From Octopus bimaculoides (taxonomy: Eukaryota): DNA of 64,000 bases. The translations under genes were made by a program, and so were the position numbers. Shown here piece by piece: positions 12,202 through 23,770 of this stretch (within the stretch, counting starts at the first letter, position 1; each line of letters opens with the position of its first letter). The stretch covers positions 109,300,731 through 109,364,730 of the forward strand of contig NC_068982.1 in the NCBI RefSeq assembly GCF_001194135.2, given 5' to 3'. The notes beneath the pieces are model-generated. The model saw only the letters and a program-made list of their open reading frames with translations. It made no database searches and was not told the origin of the DNA.

Positions 12202-14103
12202 CAACGTTTCTGAATTATGGAAGATACCTGTACATACACAAGTGTAAGCACATAAAACTAGAGACAAGCAGAAGAAGATTAAGATAAACCAAAATACAGA
12301 TGCACAATCAAACTATTAACTATAATACTCGAAGATAAATGGAAGAAAACATTAAATGTATTGCAAGGCAATGCAATGCGGTCACTGCTCAAAAACTTTC
12401 ATCATCAATGTGAATGCAAAGTGATTAATGATAATTAACATTGATCGACTTTTAAATGGAACTGAATCCTTTTTCAAATTCCTTGTTTGGAAATTGTAAG
12501 TATTACCGTACTCATGAAATAACTAGGAAAACAACGAGATGATAACTAAAAGTTGCAAAGAAATTCCTCAAATCTGGGTAAATATTCTGCACGGCATTCA
12601 TTCTCATCCGAAGCAAGGTATACTATTCCCAAATCGTTATTGCAGTTGCTAGTCGGCCTACAAAATGTACAAATAACAAGCCAAAGGCAAAACCTTTACG
12701 GGTTTCGGTTGTTTGACCATCTGAAAATAATCTGAAAATAATGTCAAATTTTATTCAAATCACACTCTACAATCTTAAAAACAGGAGGACAAATTGGATG
12801 ATATATTTCTAGATACAGCATGTGTAAATATATATATATACTAGTCAGAGTTATCGCATCTCTGATTAGAGGTCTGCCCGATGTTAGAGCTGAAGCGTGA
12901 CTTTAAAATAAAACAGAAAATAATTTTGGCTTGAGTAGCATCCTATGATTTCAGTAGTCCAGTTTGGATAGGCGGAGATCAAAAATCTTCGACATAAGAT
13001 GGAGCAGTGTTATTGATATTAACACCACAAAAATCGCAACAGAATTTGTTGACATAGTTTAAAACGTAATTGGTGAAGTTGTAGTTTCCCGAATATTAAA
13101 ACCTGCTACCTCCACTTGAAAACGATTAGAAACCCAGACTGTCATTGATACTGAAACCATATGTCATGCTCTAATGTTAAAGGTTTTAAAGCTGATGCTA
13201 CATGTTTTAAAGTAAAGCTACCTAATGTTGATAAAAACAAGAAAGTGGAACTTACGCCAACTATATCATCAATGTAATTTAGAGTCACTTTACGAGGACT
13301 CCAATTCCATCATAGTCATTTATGTACGTTCTAAACCAATAATACAATGAAATGCAGCATCATTTGTGAATTACTTTGCAAATATAGTAGGTCGTACCAG
13401 TTCAGAAAGTTGTAATTTCAGTAGCATACAAAATCATTAAAATCTTTCCAAAATTTAAACTCCCCCAAACCAACGGTTCGAACAATCACTTTGTTCCATT
13501 TTTGAGAAAACTCTCAGTGAAACATTATAACCTAGCATTAGCACCAGCCAAGTACAATCTTTCCAGTTTACAGATCTGGAAATAACATTAGCCTAATATT
13601 GATTATTATACACCAAAGTCTATAACATCAATTGTATCAAATATATTGCAGTGCATAATCACAGTTACCATGTTTTCTGCAAATGAAGTTTCTCAGATTA
13701 ATCTCTTATTTCAACGGTCCCACATGTTAACGAAGCAACAATAAAGAAATAGATTTTTTTTGCTTTATATTTTTATAAATGAAAAAGCACCGGTCGACTT
13801 TTATGAAGATAATAGTGTACAGTCATAGCTCTAGTTCACAGTTCCAACGCAACCGTCCGAAGTTTGAAACTAGACAACTTAAGTGTTCTCCCATCTACCA
13901 TAGAATAAAAAAAAAAACTATATTAATTCATTTGTGCTTTGGTTGAGGCCATTTGAAGAAGAAATTTGCTTGCCTTATGTAACTATAGATGCATTTTATC
14001 CCAGATTTTATAAATTAGGCGATCAAGGAAATGACCTGTGACAAACTGACGGACTTCAAAACTTCTTAGGCTATCTTGATTTAATTTCTATCGGTAAACT
14101 CTT

Positions 14104-14550
14104 TTTATTCTTTTACTTGTTTCAGTCATTTGACTGTGGCTATGCTGGAGCACCGCCTTTAGTCGAGCAAATCGACCCCAGGACTTATGCTTTGTAAGCC
14201 TAGTACTTATTCTATCGGTCGCTTTTGCCGAACCGCTAATTTACGGGGACGTAAACACACCAGCATTGGTTGTCAAGCGATGGTGGGGGGACAAACACAG
14301 ACACCCAAACACAGCATCGGTTGTCAAGCGATGTTACGGGGACAAACACAGGCACACAACCCCCCACACACATACATATATATATGCATATATACGACCG
14401 GTTTCTTTCAGTTTCCGTCTACCAAATCTACTCACAAGGCTTTGGTCGGCCCGAGGCTATAGTAGAAGACACTTGCCCAAGGTGCCACGCAGTGGGACTG
14501 AACCCGGAACCATGTGGTTCGTAAGTAAGTTACTTACCACACAGCCACTC
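14104..14550 (-). mobile_element. SINE family A, full length
   Basis: Minus-strand head GTGGCTGTGTGGTAAGT...GTTCCGGGTTCAGTCCC (pol III A/B-box-like), then CCTTGGGCAAGTGTCTT, an internal (TA)/(TG) tract and the conserved 3' module ending GACTGAAACAAGTAAAAG. Confidence 0.92.
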
Positions 14551-14657
14551 CTACGCCTATAAACTTTGTAATTTATGTAAAAGTTGTCTTTTTCAGTTTA
14601 TTGAACTGTTAATTTTTAGTTCTATATTTAAGAGATGAGGAATTATGTACATTATTT

Positions 14658-14962
14658 ACATTATTTACAATTGACGGATATTTGTTCTCATCTTGTTTGT
14701 TGTTAACCACTACGCCATATGCCCACGGGTATATGGCGTAGCGGTAAAGAGCGCAAGCTACTAACCCCAAGATTCCGAGTTCGATTCCAGGCAGTGATCT
14801 GAATAATAATAATAATAACAACATAGAAAAATACCTTAGGAATGAGAACCCAGGTTCGAAATTTCCCCAAGACACCTGATGAAGGCTGGAGGTTAATATC
14901 AGCTGAAACGTTGTTAACAACAAATAAGATAAGGACAAATATCCGTCAATTGTAAATAATGT
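14658..14962. mobile_element. Palindromic (head-to-head) tRNA-derived SINE, family D, left arm internally deleted
   Basis: Outer inverted repeat 14658-14707 vs 14913-14962 (47/50 identical). Central inverted repeat 14703-14724 vs 14727-14748 (19/22). A box TGGCGTAGCGG at 14734-14744 and B box AGTTCGATTCC at 14778-14788. Confidence 0.85.
14871..14918 (+). ncRNA. Minimal type-I hammerhead ribozyme motif of the Penelope type (probably degenerate in this copy)
   Basis: CTGATGA at 14876-14882, stem II GGCTGG/TCAGCT (14884-14889 with 14899-14904, two G-U pairs), GAAA at 14905-14908, palindromic AACGTT in place of stem III and a GUU cleavage triplet at 14910-14912. Stem I pairs only 2 bp. Confidence 0.55.
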
Positions 14963-17900
14963 TAATTTTTATCAATATTTTTTCGCCATTTTACGAAATT
15001 TCTCTTTGGTGGTCAATGTTATTTATTATCTGGCTTATGAATGTGCCAACAGAACAGAAGGGAGATAGCTACAGATAGAATATTTCTGCGCAAATTTTAT
15101 TCTAGGATTAACAAATACTTTCATTTTTGTCACTTTGAGCTCCCTTTCTTTTCATTCTACAGTAGTTTTTCCTTTTTCTTTCCTTTCTGTTTTTCTGATT
15201 TATTTTGTTTTGTTTTATTCTCTTAGGCTTTACGTATCTTATTCCATTCATCTTTTTGTCTGTCAGTTTATTTTCAGTTTGTCTATCAGTCTTTCTGCAT
15301 GTCTCTTTTATCTCGTCTCTTTCTCTTTCTCCCAATACTTCTAATAGCCATATATTTAGCCGACGCGCTACAAACATACCATTTCATAATATTACATTTT
15401 TGTCACTTGACTCGCGAAATTTCTCAGCAGATCAAATTGCAACTAGTTACATAATAAAGATATTTTCTCACTACCATCCAATGTATGTGTCATTATATTG
15501 GTCATACAATCTGAGTAAATATTATATCATAAGTAGCTAAGTAACACTTTCAAATATTAACTCCGCCCAACCATTCACTGCTTGCCCCCTTACATGGAAC
15601 ACTATACCATACTTAATTACTGTGCCTCGATATAGTAATTCAGCCTGCAAGAAATAACTACCAACTCTCTCTCAAATTACACTCTAGCGTTTTGGGAAAG
15701 GAATGGATAGATTGGATAATGTCTTACATACTCATAAACTGATGGGATGGTGACGGCTGGAATGTTTTAGATCATATGTATGCTCAATCAGGGCTGAACC
15801 GAGGTTAACGACTGATGTTTTTGAATACCACCCTCTTTTGAAGGTAGCAGGGGCTGCTGAATTTAACTCATTGAATGGCCGTGTTTTATGGAACTCAAAC
15901 AAATACAATGAAATGCGGCATCATTTGGGAATTGCTTAGCAAATATAGTAGGTCGTACCAGTTCAGAATGTTATAATTTCAGTAACAAAAAAACAAAAAA
16001 CAAAAACAAAAACAAAAATGAATTAGGAAACACTTCAAAAGTCTCACACGTATGTAACTATATCACCTAAGGTTAAAAAAAAAATTATTGCATTTTCTTC
16101 TCATATTACCAACACAGTCAAATCATCAGAATTCGGACATGTAGTAGTCAATTTCAAAACTTAACAAAAGCCTTGATAGAATAATTTCTTCTTATTCCGC
16201 TAATTTCAAACTCTCAACACGTATTGAGACCATTTCTCTCAACTGCTATATTCACAAACCTCGCATAAAAGAATGCATCACATATTCAAAACAACAAAAT
16301 TACAAACTTACTACACATCACTCGAATTTCCAATTACATCACCAAAGGGTCTGATTCTTCTTATTCCCTATTCATAAAGGAAATGCTAAGCTAAATGAAA
16401 AGAAAAGAAAGAACGCAAAGGCTTAGTAATCTATCACCAAATTCGTCAAGCCTATGGAGAGACAATGAGAACACAACTAGAATTTGTAAAATTTCGAATG
16501 GAATGTTACGAGGATTTTTCATCTCAGTCTTTGTAACAACTTTCACAAGTCATCATAGAAAAATAATATCACATTTATCTCCTACTACAGACATAGATAT
16601 TATAATAAATCCAGTCCTATCTCAGCCACTTTGAAAAGATTTTAGCACCTACCAAATTCATCACACATTTCCCTAGCAACACCAAATAACACTAAATATA
16701 AGCAATCGTCACACTCAACAACATAAACATACCACACAAACACAGATTACTTTTAAAACATTCATGCTGGTGAGGTGTTGTAGGCAATTCTTAATTTAGG
16801 AATTAGAACACAGACACAGTAAAAAAAAAAAGAAAAAAATACAGGAACTCGGTAAGCGCACTTATTCTGCTTAATTCTTTAGCATACAAAAAAACCAGCG
16901 TATAAAAACTATATTATTATGGATTATACTAGTCCTGCCTTGAGCCTTTCAATTTTCCTTAATATATATTACAATAAACAGTACCAAACGAACGGCGCTC
17001 TACACATTAAATACAATACATACATTACAATTTACATACGTGGATAATATATACTTATTTTTATATACGTTTCATTTTTGTCTGTACAAACATATCTGAT
17101 AATATTTCAATATGATTGACTTTACTTTCCACCCTTGGAAATCGATAAAATAAATTCAGGTTGAATATTTTGACTAACGAATCGAAAATATCTAGTCTTC
17201 AAATTTGGAGCCTTGCACGTACGATCAAACAATTATTTAACATGCATAAACGTACAGATATGAAATATATTATACACACAAATTATAATGTTTTTATACC
17301 CTCATACACAATGGATTTTTGTTGTGATATATGTGCTTTACCTGTGTATGCATACATGCTCGAGCGTACTACATATGATGCATACACAGAAATATAGTCA
17401 TAAGACTGATGCATTCTACCCACTAATTGCTATGCCTTCATATTGAAAAAGAAAGCCACAACAAAAACAGTAAGCCCAAATATAGTCTACAGCTAAGTGG
17501 CCCAATTCCACTGTGTTAGAATGGCAGGCAGAATTCTGTGCCGCCGCCATATAGCATGGAATGTCCTTTCACTGCCAAAATTTCCAGATTCTTTTTCTGT
17601 TCATGTGATATTACTAACGACTTGAACTGATGTCTCTTTGTACGGCATTTTTCTATGTTTTGTTTAATTGTTAGTGTTTCGTATTCATGTTGTGGTTATG
17701 CTGTATTTGTTCAACTTTGTATTAATGCTTTTTGCTTCATGCTAAATAGAATCATCTTCATCGTAATTCTTACTGCCCTCATCACCGCCTTTGCCATTGC
17801 TCTTTGTTTTTAATATGGTAATGCTGAAGAGATAAAAATGAACATGTTGATGATTTCGGGAATCACAAACATCATATATAAGTTTTTATGCTCAACAACA

Positions 17901-18067
17901 GATTCTTCTGTAATAAAAATATTCTACAGGATATAATAGTTGCCTTTTGCTGGTAACTTTCTATAGAAAAATTTAGTACCTTATTTTACCATAAGTGAAT
18001 TGAATTCAAAAAAGGTGGAATTACATATCTCACTAATTAATTGCAAACATGTACTCTTTTACTCTTT

Positions 18068-18480
18068 TTTTTTTACTCTTTTACTTGTTTCAGTCATTTT
18101 GACTGTGGCCATGCTGGAGTACCGCCTTTAATAGAGCAAATCGACCCCAGGACTTATTCTTTGTAAGCCTAGTACTTATTCTATCTGTCTCTTTTGCCGA
18201 ACCGCTAAGTTACGGGGACGTAAACACACCAGCATCGGTTGTCAAGCGATGTTGGCGGGGTGGACAAACACATACAATAACATACACACACACACACACA
18301 CACACANNNNNNNNNNNNNNNNNNNNNNNNNNNNNNNNNNNNNNNNNNNNNNNNNNNNNNCAGTTTCCGTCTACCAAGTCCACTCACAAGGCTTTGGTCG
18401 GCCTGAGGCTATAGTGGAAGACACTTGCCCAAGGTGTCACGCAGTGGGACTGAACCCGGAACCATGTGGTTGGTAAGCAA
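18068..18480 (-). mobile_element. SINE family A, internal microsatellite spanned by an N-gap
   Basis: Near-collinear with 14104-14550 on both sides of the gap at 18307-18360. Confidence 0.9.
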
Positions 18481-19259
18481 AAAAAAAACAGCCTAAAAAA
18501 ACAAAAAAATTAAATATGACTCTTGTACTCAAAACCTAGGTCTAAACATTGTATTAATAGTACCTTGCTGGTATTATTTTGTATTCGACGAGGACGAAGT
18601 TTACGCCTAAGATATCACATCTAAATTAAAGTTTCATTTTATTTTTAGCATAATTCTGTTCTATTGGATTACTTTTACTTACGCAGACCAAACAACTCCA
18701 TAGATTTTGGATTATTGACTTTTCGGTGTTTCTTGTTACCCGTGAATGTACTTATGTTTGTTGCTTCCTTAAATACAGTTTCTTTTTACAGATCTTACTT
18801 TTTTACTTAAATATACTTACCAAGCTGTTTCAATCTATGAGCTACTATTTTCTTTACCGAGTCAACAATTGTATCTCATCATTTATTCATTTAACATTTA
18901 AGTTTGTTGTCAAACAGAAAGTTATTTCACTGATCACTTTCTTAATTTAATCAACAGTTTTCTTTTTAATATAATTTCCACCTTCACTCAATCTCTTTTC
19001 TTTACCAGATATTTTCTTAACTCTCACTATCTTTTATTATATCGTTATGTATATATAACAGCATTCTTTTAAGTCTTTTACTTTGTTTTTCTTTTATATT
19101 TTTTCCATTCTCGTTAGCTTGTACATCTATACATTTTTATAACACCTATATCACATCAATTATTATCTACCCGACATGTAAATTGTTAAAAACATAATCT
19201 CGATCTAAATAACTAAAATAATCCTCTCTCTCTCGCGCGCCCCCTCTCTCTCTCTCTCA

Positions 19260-19296
<37 letters not shown>

Positions 19297-19369
19297 ATAC
19301 ATCTTTATCCATAACTCGTTTTCCCATTTTCCTCAGAGTAACATAAATACTTATATTTACACATTACCA

Positions 19370-19531
19370 GGCGCGTGAGTGGCTGAGTGGTAAGTAGCTT
19401 GCTTACTAAACACATGGTTCCGGGTTCAGTTCCATTGCGCGGCACCTTGGGCAAGTGTCTTCTACTATAGCTTCGGGCCGACAAAAGCCTTGTGAGTGGA
19501 TTTGATAGACGGAAACCGAAAGGAGCCTGTC

Positions 19532-19565
<34 letters not shown>

Positions 19566-20590
19566 NNNNNNNNNNNNNNNNNNNNNNNNNNNNNNNNNNN
19601 NNNNNNNNNNNNNNNNNNNNNNNNNNNNNNNNNNNNNNNNNNNNNNNNNNNNNNNNNNNNNNNNNNNNNNNNNNNNNNNNNNNNNNNNNNNNNNNNNNNN
19701 NNNNNNNNNNNNNNNNNNNNNNNNNNNNNNNNNNNNNNNNNNNNNNNNNNNNNNNNNNNNNNNNNNNNNNNNNNNNNNNNNNNNNNNNNNNNNNNNNNNN
19801 NNNNNNNNNNNNNNNNNNNNNNNNNNNNNNNNNNNNNNNNNNNNNNNNNNNNNNNNNNNNNNNNNNNNNNNNNNNNNNNNNNNNNNNNNNNNNNNNNNNN
19901 NNNNNNNNNNNNNNNNNNNNNNNNNNNNNNNNNNNNNNNNNNNNNNNNNNNNNNNNNNNNNNNNNNNNNNNNNNNNNNNNNNNNNNNNNNNNNNNNNNNN
20001 NNNNNNNNNNNNNNNNNNNNNNNNNNNNNNNNNNNNNNNNNNNNNNNNNNNNNNNNNNNNNNNNNNNNNNNNNNNNNNNNNNNNNNNNNNNNNNNNNNNN
20101 NNNNNNNNNNNNNNNNNNNNNNNNNNNNNNNNNNNNNNNNNNNNNNNNNNNNNNNNNNNNNNNNNNNNNNNNNNNNNNNNNNNNNNNNNNNNNNATATGT
20201 TGTGTGAACGCCCCCAGGCGAAAAAGTAGGATGTCCCAAGACATATAAATAGAGGTAGTCTGGCCGTGGTAGGAGTGTTGAGTAGCAGTGGAGTAGCAGT
20301 TGTGTAGCGGTTGAGTAGAGATCATCCGAAGGTGCTAGATAGCAGTAGCGTTGAGACATAACAATATATATATGTATATGTTTGTGTGTCTGTGTTTGTC
20401 TCCTACCATCATCCCTTAACAACCGACGTTGGTGTGTTTACGTCCCCGTAACTTAGCGTTCGGCAAAGGGAACGATAGAATAAGTACTTGGTTTACAAAG
20501 AATAAGTCCTAGGATCAATTTGTTCGACTAAAGGCAGTGCTCCGGCATGGCCGCAGTCAAATGACTGAAACAAATAAAAGAATAAAAAGA
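19370..20590 (+). mobile_element. SINE family A, interrupted by (TA)n, an N-gap and a 166-bp insertion
   Basis: Head at 19370-19535 (GTGGCTGAGTGGTAAGTAG...CCGGGTTCAGTTCC...CCTTGGGCAAGTGTCTT) and 3' module at 20385-20590. Confidence 0.88.
20198..20363 (+). mobile_element. Probable solo LTR, 166 bp
   Basis: Starts TGTTGTGT and ends ACATAACA (7/8 inverted match, TG...CA termini). Contains TATAAATA near 20244 and is flanked by ATA on both sides. No PBS follows and no polypurine tract precedes it. Confidence 0.55.
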
Positions 20591-20947
20591 ATACCAAATA
20601 TATAACACACATATGCGCGTGCGCACAATCACTCATCCAAGCTCAAACGTAAGTACATATTGGTAAGCACACTTAAGCTGTCACACACTCAAGGTCTAAG
20701 ATTTCACAGCGTGGACATTTTTGGATAATTGTGCACCCTTTTTTACGCTGCTCTTCTTCATCAACAGCTTACTCGTCACACGCCATTCTGTCTACCTATA
20801 TACAAATAAAGTTCTTGTCTCTGTCAATCAAAGAATTCCCTTCTTGTTCGGGCAGTTAAGTTTTATTTTCCAATGCCAAGATATCATTCGTCTGTCTGCC
20901 TCTTTCTTTCTTTCACTCTCTCTCTCTCTCTCTCATACACACATACA

Positions 20948-21025
<78 letters not shown>

Positions 21026-21852
21026 GCACAGACACACTCATGATCACTAGATGCTACTATACTGTAAGACAAATAATTGAAGCAAAAAGTTTTCCGCGAC
21101 ATAAACAAAGAAAAAAAAAAGAAAAGAAAAATTGTCATAAGTACTGAAATGGATATGTCATTCACTACATGTCATTTAGATTGCTATCCATCATCAAATA
21201 TCACTGCGGTCTGTCTTATTACTGCACAGTGGCGCTGATGTACACGGATACACACGCATACGTATATGTTTATATTAGTGTGGGGGACGGCACACATGAC
21301 ATTTTGGAGGTGAGCGTAAACTTCTTATTAACTTGGAAGGGGAGTATACGAAGGTCGTACAGCACAATACAGATTACAGATTACTAAACTTACTATGATA
21401 ATTCTCGCCAAAATAATCCTTGCAGTTGCTGATTTGCAAATGTAACTTACTTAGTTGCTGCATAAAATATGTTTAGCATGTTAAGTCTCATCCTGGTATC
21501 AGAAAGCCTTGACTCTGTCACAGTGGCTGTCATTAATGTAACTAACAATAATACTCTTTGTTTTATTGCCAACGAAAAGTGTTCTAGCACTAAAATATAT
21601 TATAAGTAGTTTTTTGAATACCCCTACCTCCACCGAAAAGTTTTTACACATACCGTGATAAGCCAGCGTGAAAATTGTTGGACGTTTAGGAATAACTTAG
21701 CATACTTATATTGCAGCTTGCACAAGCAATAATTTACTAGATTGCACAAAAGTGATGACTTACTTTCAGCAATTTCGCCTAAGCTTATACAGAAGTTTAA
21801 GGTGCAAAGCTGTCGTTAAGTTTTTGTCCACCATCTCATTTCCAGTCACATA

Positions 21853-22190
21853 CGAGGTGATTTAATCGTAGCAATGTATGCAATCTCACTGTCATATTTT
21901 CTTTAAGAAAACATACAATTTCATTTCAAGGTACTATTGTAAACCTATAAAGATATGCATCTTCCAGATGCCCACCATCTGCGACAATGGATTCAATTTC
22001 TTTTTCTTAGGGTGGGTTCACAAAGCTTTTCATGCAGTTGTGAGATATAATCCCAAGCCAAATGCAGATCTGAAAATTCCTTTCTTCTTTCAAGATATTT
22101 ATGATCACGGTAAAAAAGCACATGGGCTTAAAGAAATGGTTTTAAAGAGGGTGAAAAGCGAGTTTCAACCGTTTTAAAACCAGTTCTTCA
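21853..22190 (-). mobile_element. Decayed mariner 3' end with terminal repeat
   Basis: TA|CGAGGTG terminus at 21851-21859. Minus-strand translation (FSPSLKP, LFYRDHKYL, terminal CRRWW) follows the order of the mariner C-terminus. Confidence 0.45.
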
Positions 22191-22869
22191 AGTCAATGTT
22201 CTTTTCGGCCATAATCATAAGAATCTAGATCGTAAGAATCTCTTGTTAGAAGGAACTGATTGTGGTGAAGGGCCACTCAAGTAAACTGATAATAGATCTA
22301 GTTTTCGAGAAGGCTGGTGATATATTTAGTTGTGAAGTAGACAACTAGATTGATTTAGTTGTTAGGTGTTATTTGAAACGTACGTCATAGGGAATATTTT
22401 GTACATTTTCCTGATTAAGACCCTAGCTATATCAACTACCAATACTTTTCAGTATTTATACTGGCATAACACATTTCCGAGTTCAAAGATAACTAATCTA
22501 AGATCAGCTTAGATAATCATAGTCATCTGTTTTGAAAAACAGTGATATGCGATGGGAAAATTATTTATTTATTGTACAGGTGCAACGATGAATTACCTTA
22601 TGTATTGCCGAAATGATATTGATAGATTGATACCAGAGAAAATAAATAACGAATGAATGGACTATACTTCCTTATGAATAAGAAATGGCTTATATAGGTA
22701 CATAGACATTTAATAGCACAAGCATCTCCCTCGCAATAGTGGAATATATGTGAGAAATACATAGATATATGCATAAAATATATTTACACACATATATGGT
22801 TGTAGAATCAGTAGATCTCGGACAAAAATATACTGTTGTGTTTGGTTGCACCCTTTACATTAAAGACCA

Positions 22870-22994
22870 AATCCCGTCAAGGTTGAATAACTTCCATCCT
22901 TCTGGGGTCGAAAAAATAACTAACAAAGTACTAGTGTCGATAGGATACCTTTCAAGGCGATGTCCATGCTTGGTCACAACGCATTGACTAAAAC
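22870..22994 (+). mobile_element. Decayed SINE fragment combining a family-B centre with a family-A tail
   Basis: AAGGTTGAATAACTTCCATCCTTCTGGGGTCGAAAAAATAA resembles the B centre, and TTCAAGGCGATGTCCATGCTTGGTCACA...TTGACTAAAAC resembles the A tail. Confidence 0.5.
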
Positions 22995-23319
22995 TCTCTG
23001 CTTTTATAAAAAAACGCTCACACTTGCACGGACATAGCCACTTACACACTTGTATACGCATGTATGCATGCTGTCACGCAGTTTAGGTTTAAAAATACTA
23101 ATTATAACACAAAAATAAACCCAATACCCATTAGCACACTTACTACTAGTCTGTTATCTATTATTTGCTATTATGTCATTTCAGCCGTAACTAACTCGAT
23201 CCGCATTTGTGTTTGGGTGCCTGTCGTGTATGTATATATATATGTTGGTGTATGTGTGACCATAGAATGTATATGTGTGTGCGACGGTATTTGTATGCAT
23301 TATATATATAGTGTATGTG

Positions 23320-23360
<41 letters not shown>

Positions 23361-23399
23361 ACGCACGTAAAAATACACGTACCGAAATATATAATATAT

Positions 23400-23452
23400 G
23401 GGCACAGTTATGCCCGAGTGGTTAAGAAGTTTGCTTCGTTATCATGAAGTCT

Positions 23453-23490
<38 letters not shown>

Positions 23491-23640
23491 TGTATATTGG
23501 TAGAGGCATAGCTGAGTGGCTAAGAAATTCGTTTCGCTCTTATGATATCTCTGGTTCGATTTCAATGCGTATCATCCTCTGCAGGCTGTGTGAGTGAATT
23601 TCACACTGACGGAAACTGCGTGGAAACTCGTCAAACTGAT
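23400..23640 (+). mobile_element. Two decayed SINE head fragments (family A-like) separated by (CA)n
   Basis: ATGCCCGAGTGGTTAAGAAGTTTGCTT at about 23410 and TAGCTGAGTGGCTAAGAAATTCG...GGTTCGATTTC...GACGGAAACTG at about 23510-23620. Confidence 0.5.
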
Positions 23641-23688
23641 CGTATCAATAATTATATATGTATATATGTGTGTATGTATGTATGTATG

Positions 23689-23722
<34 letters not shown>

Positions 23723-23734
23723 TGTGTGTATGTA

Positions 23735-23770
<36 letters not shown>

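Noticed and set aside
14727-14800. Possible genuine tRNA gene
   Set aside because: A and B boxes are present but I cannot form an acceptor stem, and it continues into a SINE body.
16060-16400. Possible old LINE RT (NLTKALDRI-like string)
   Set aside because: A single weak motif. Similar faint RTE-like echoes at about 42330-42700 and 58950-59270 were also left uncalled.
19406-20422. Longest listed ORF (338 aa) and other X-filled ORFs
   Set aside because: Open only because N-gaps contain no stop codons.
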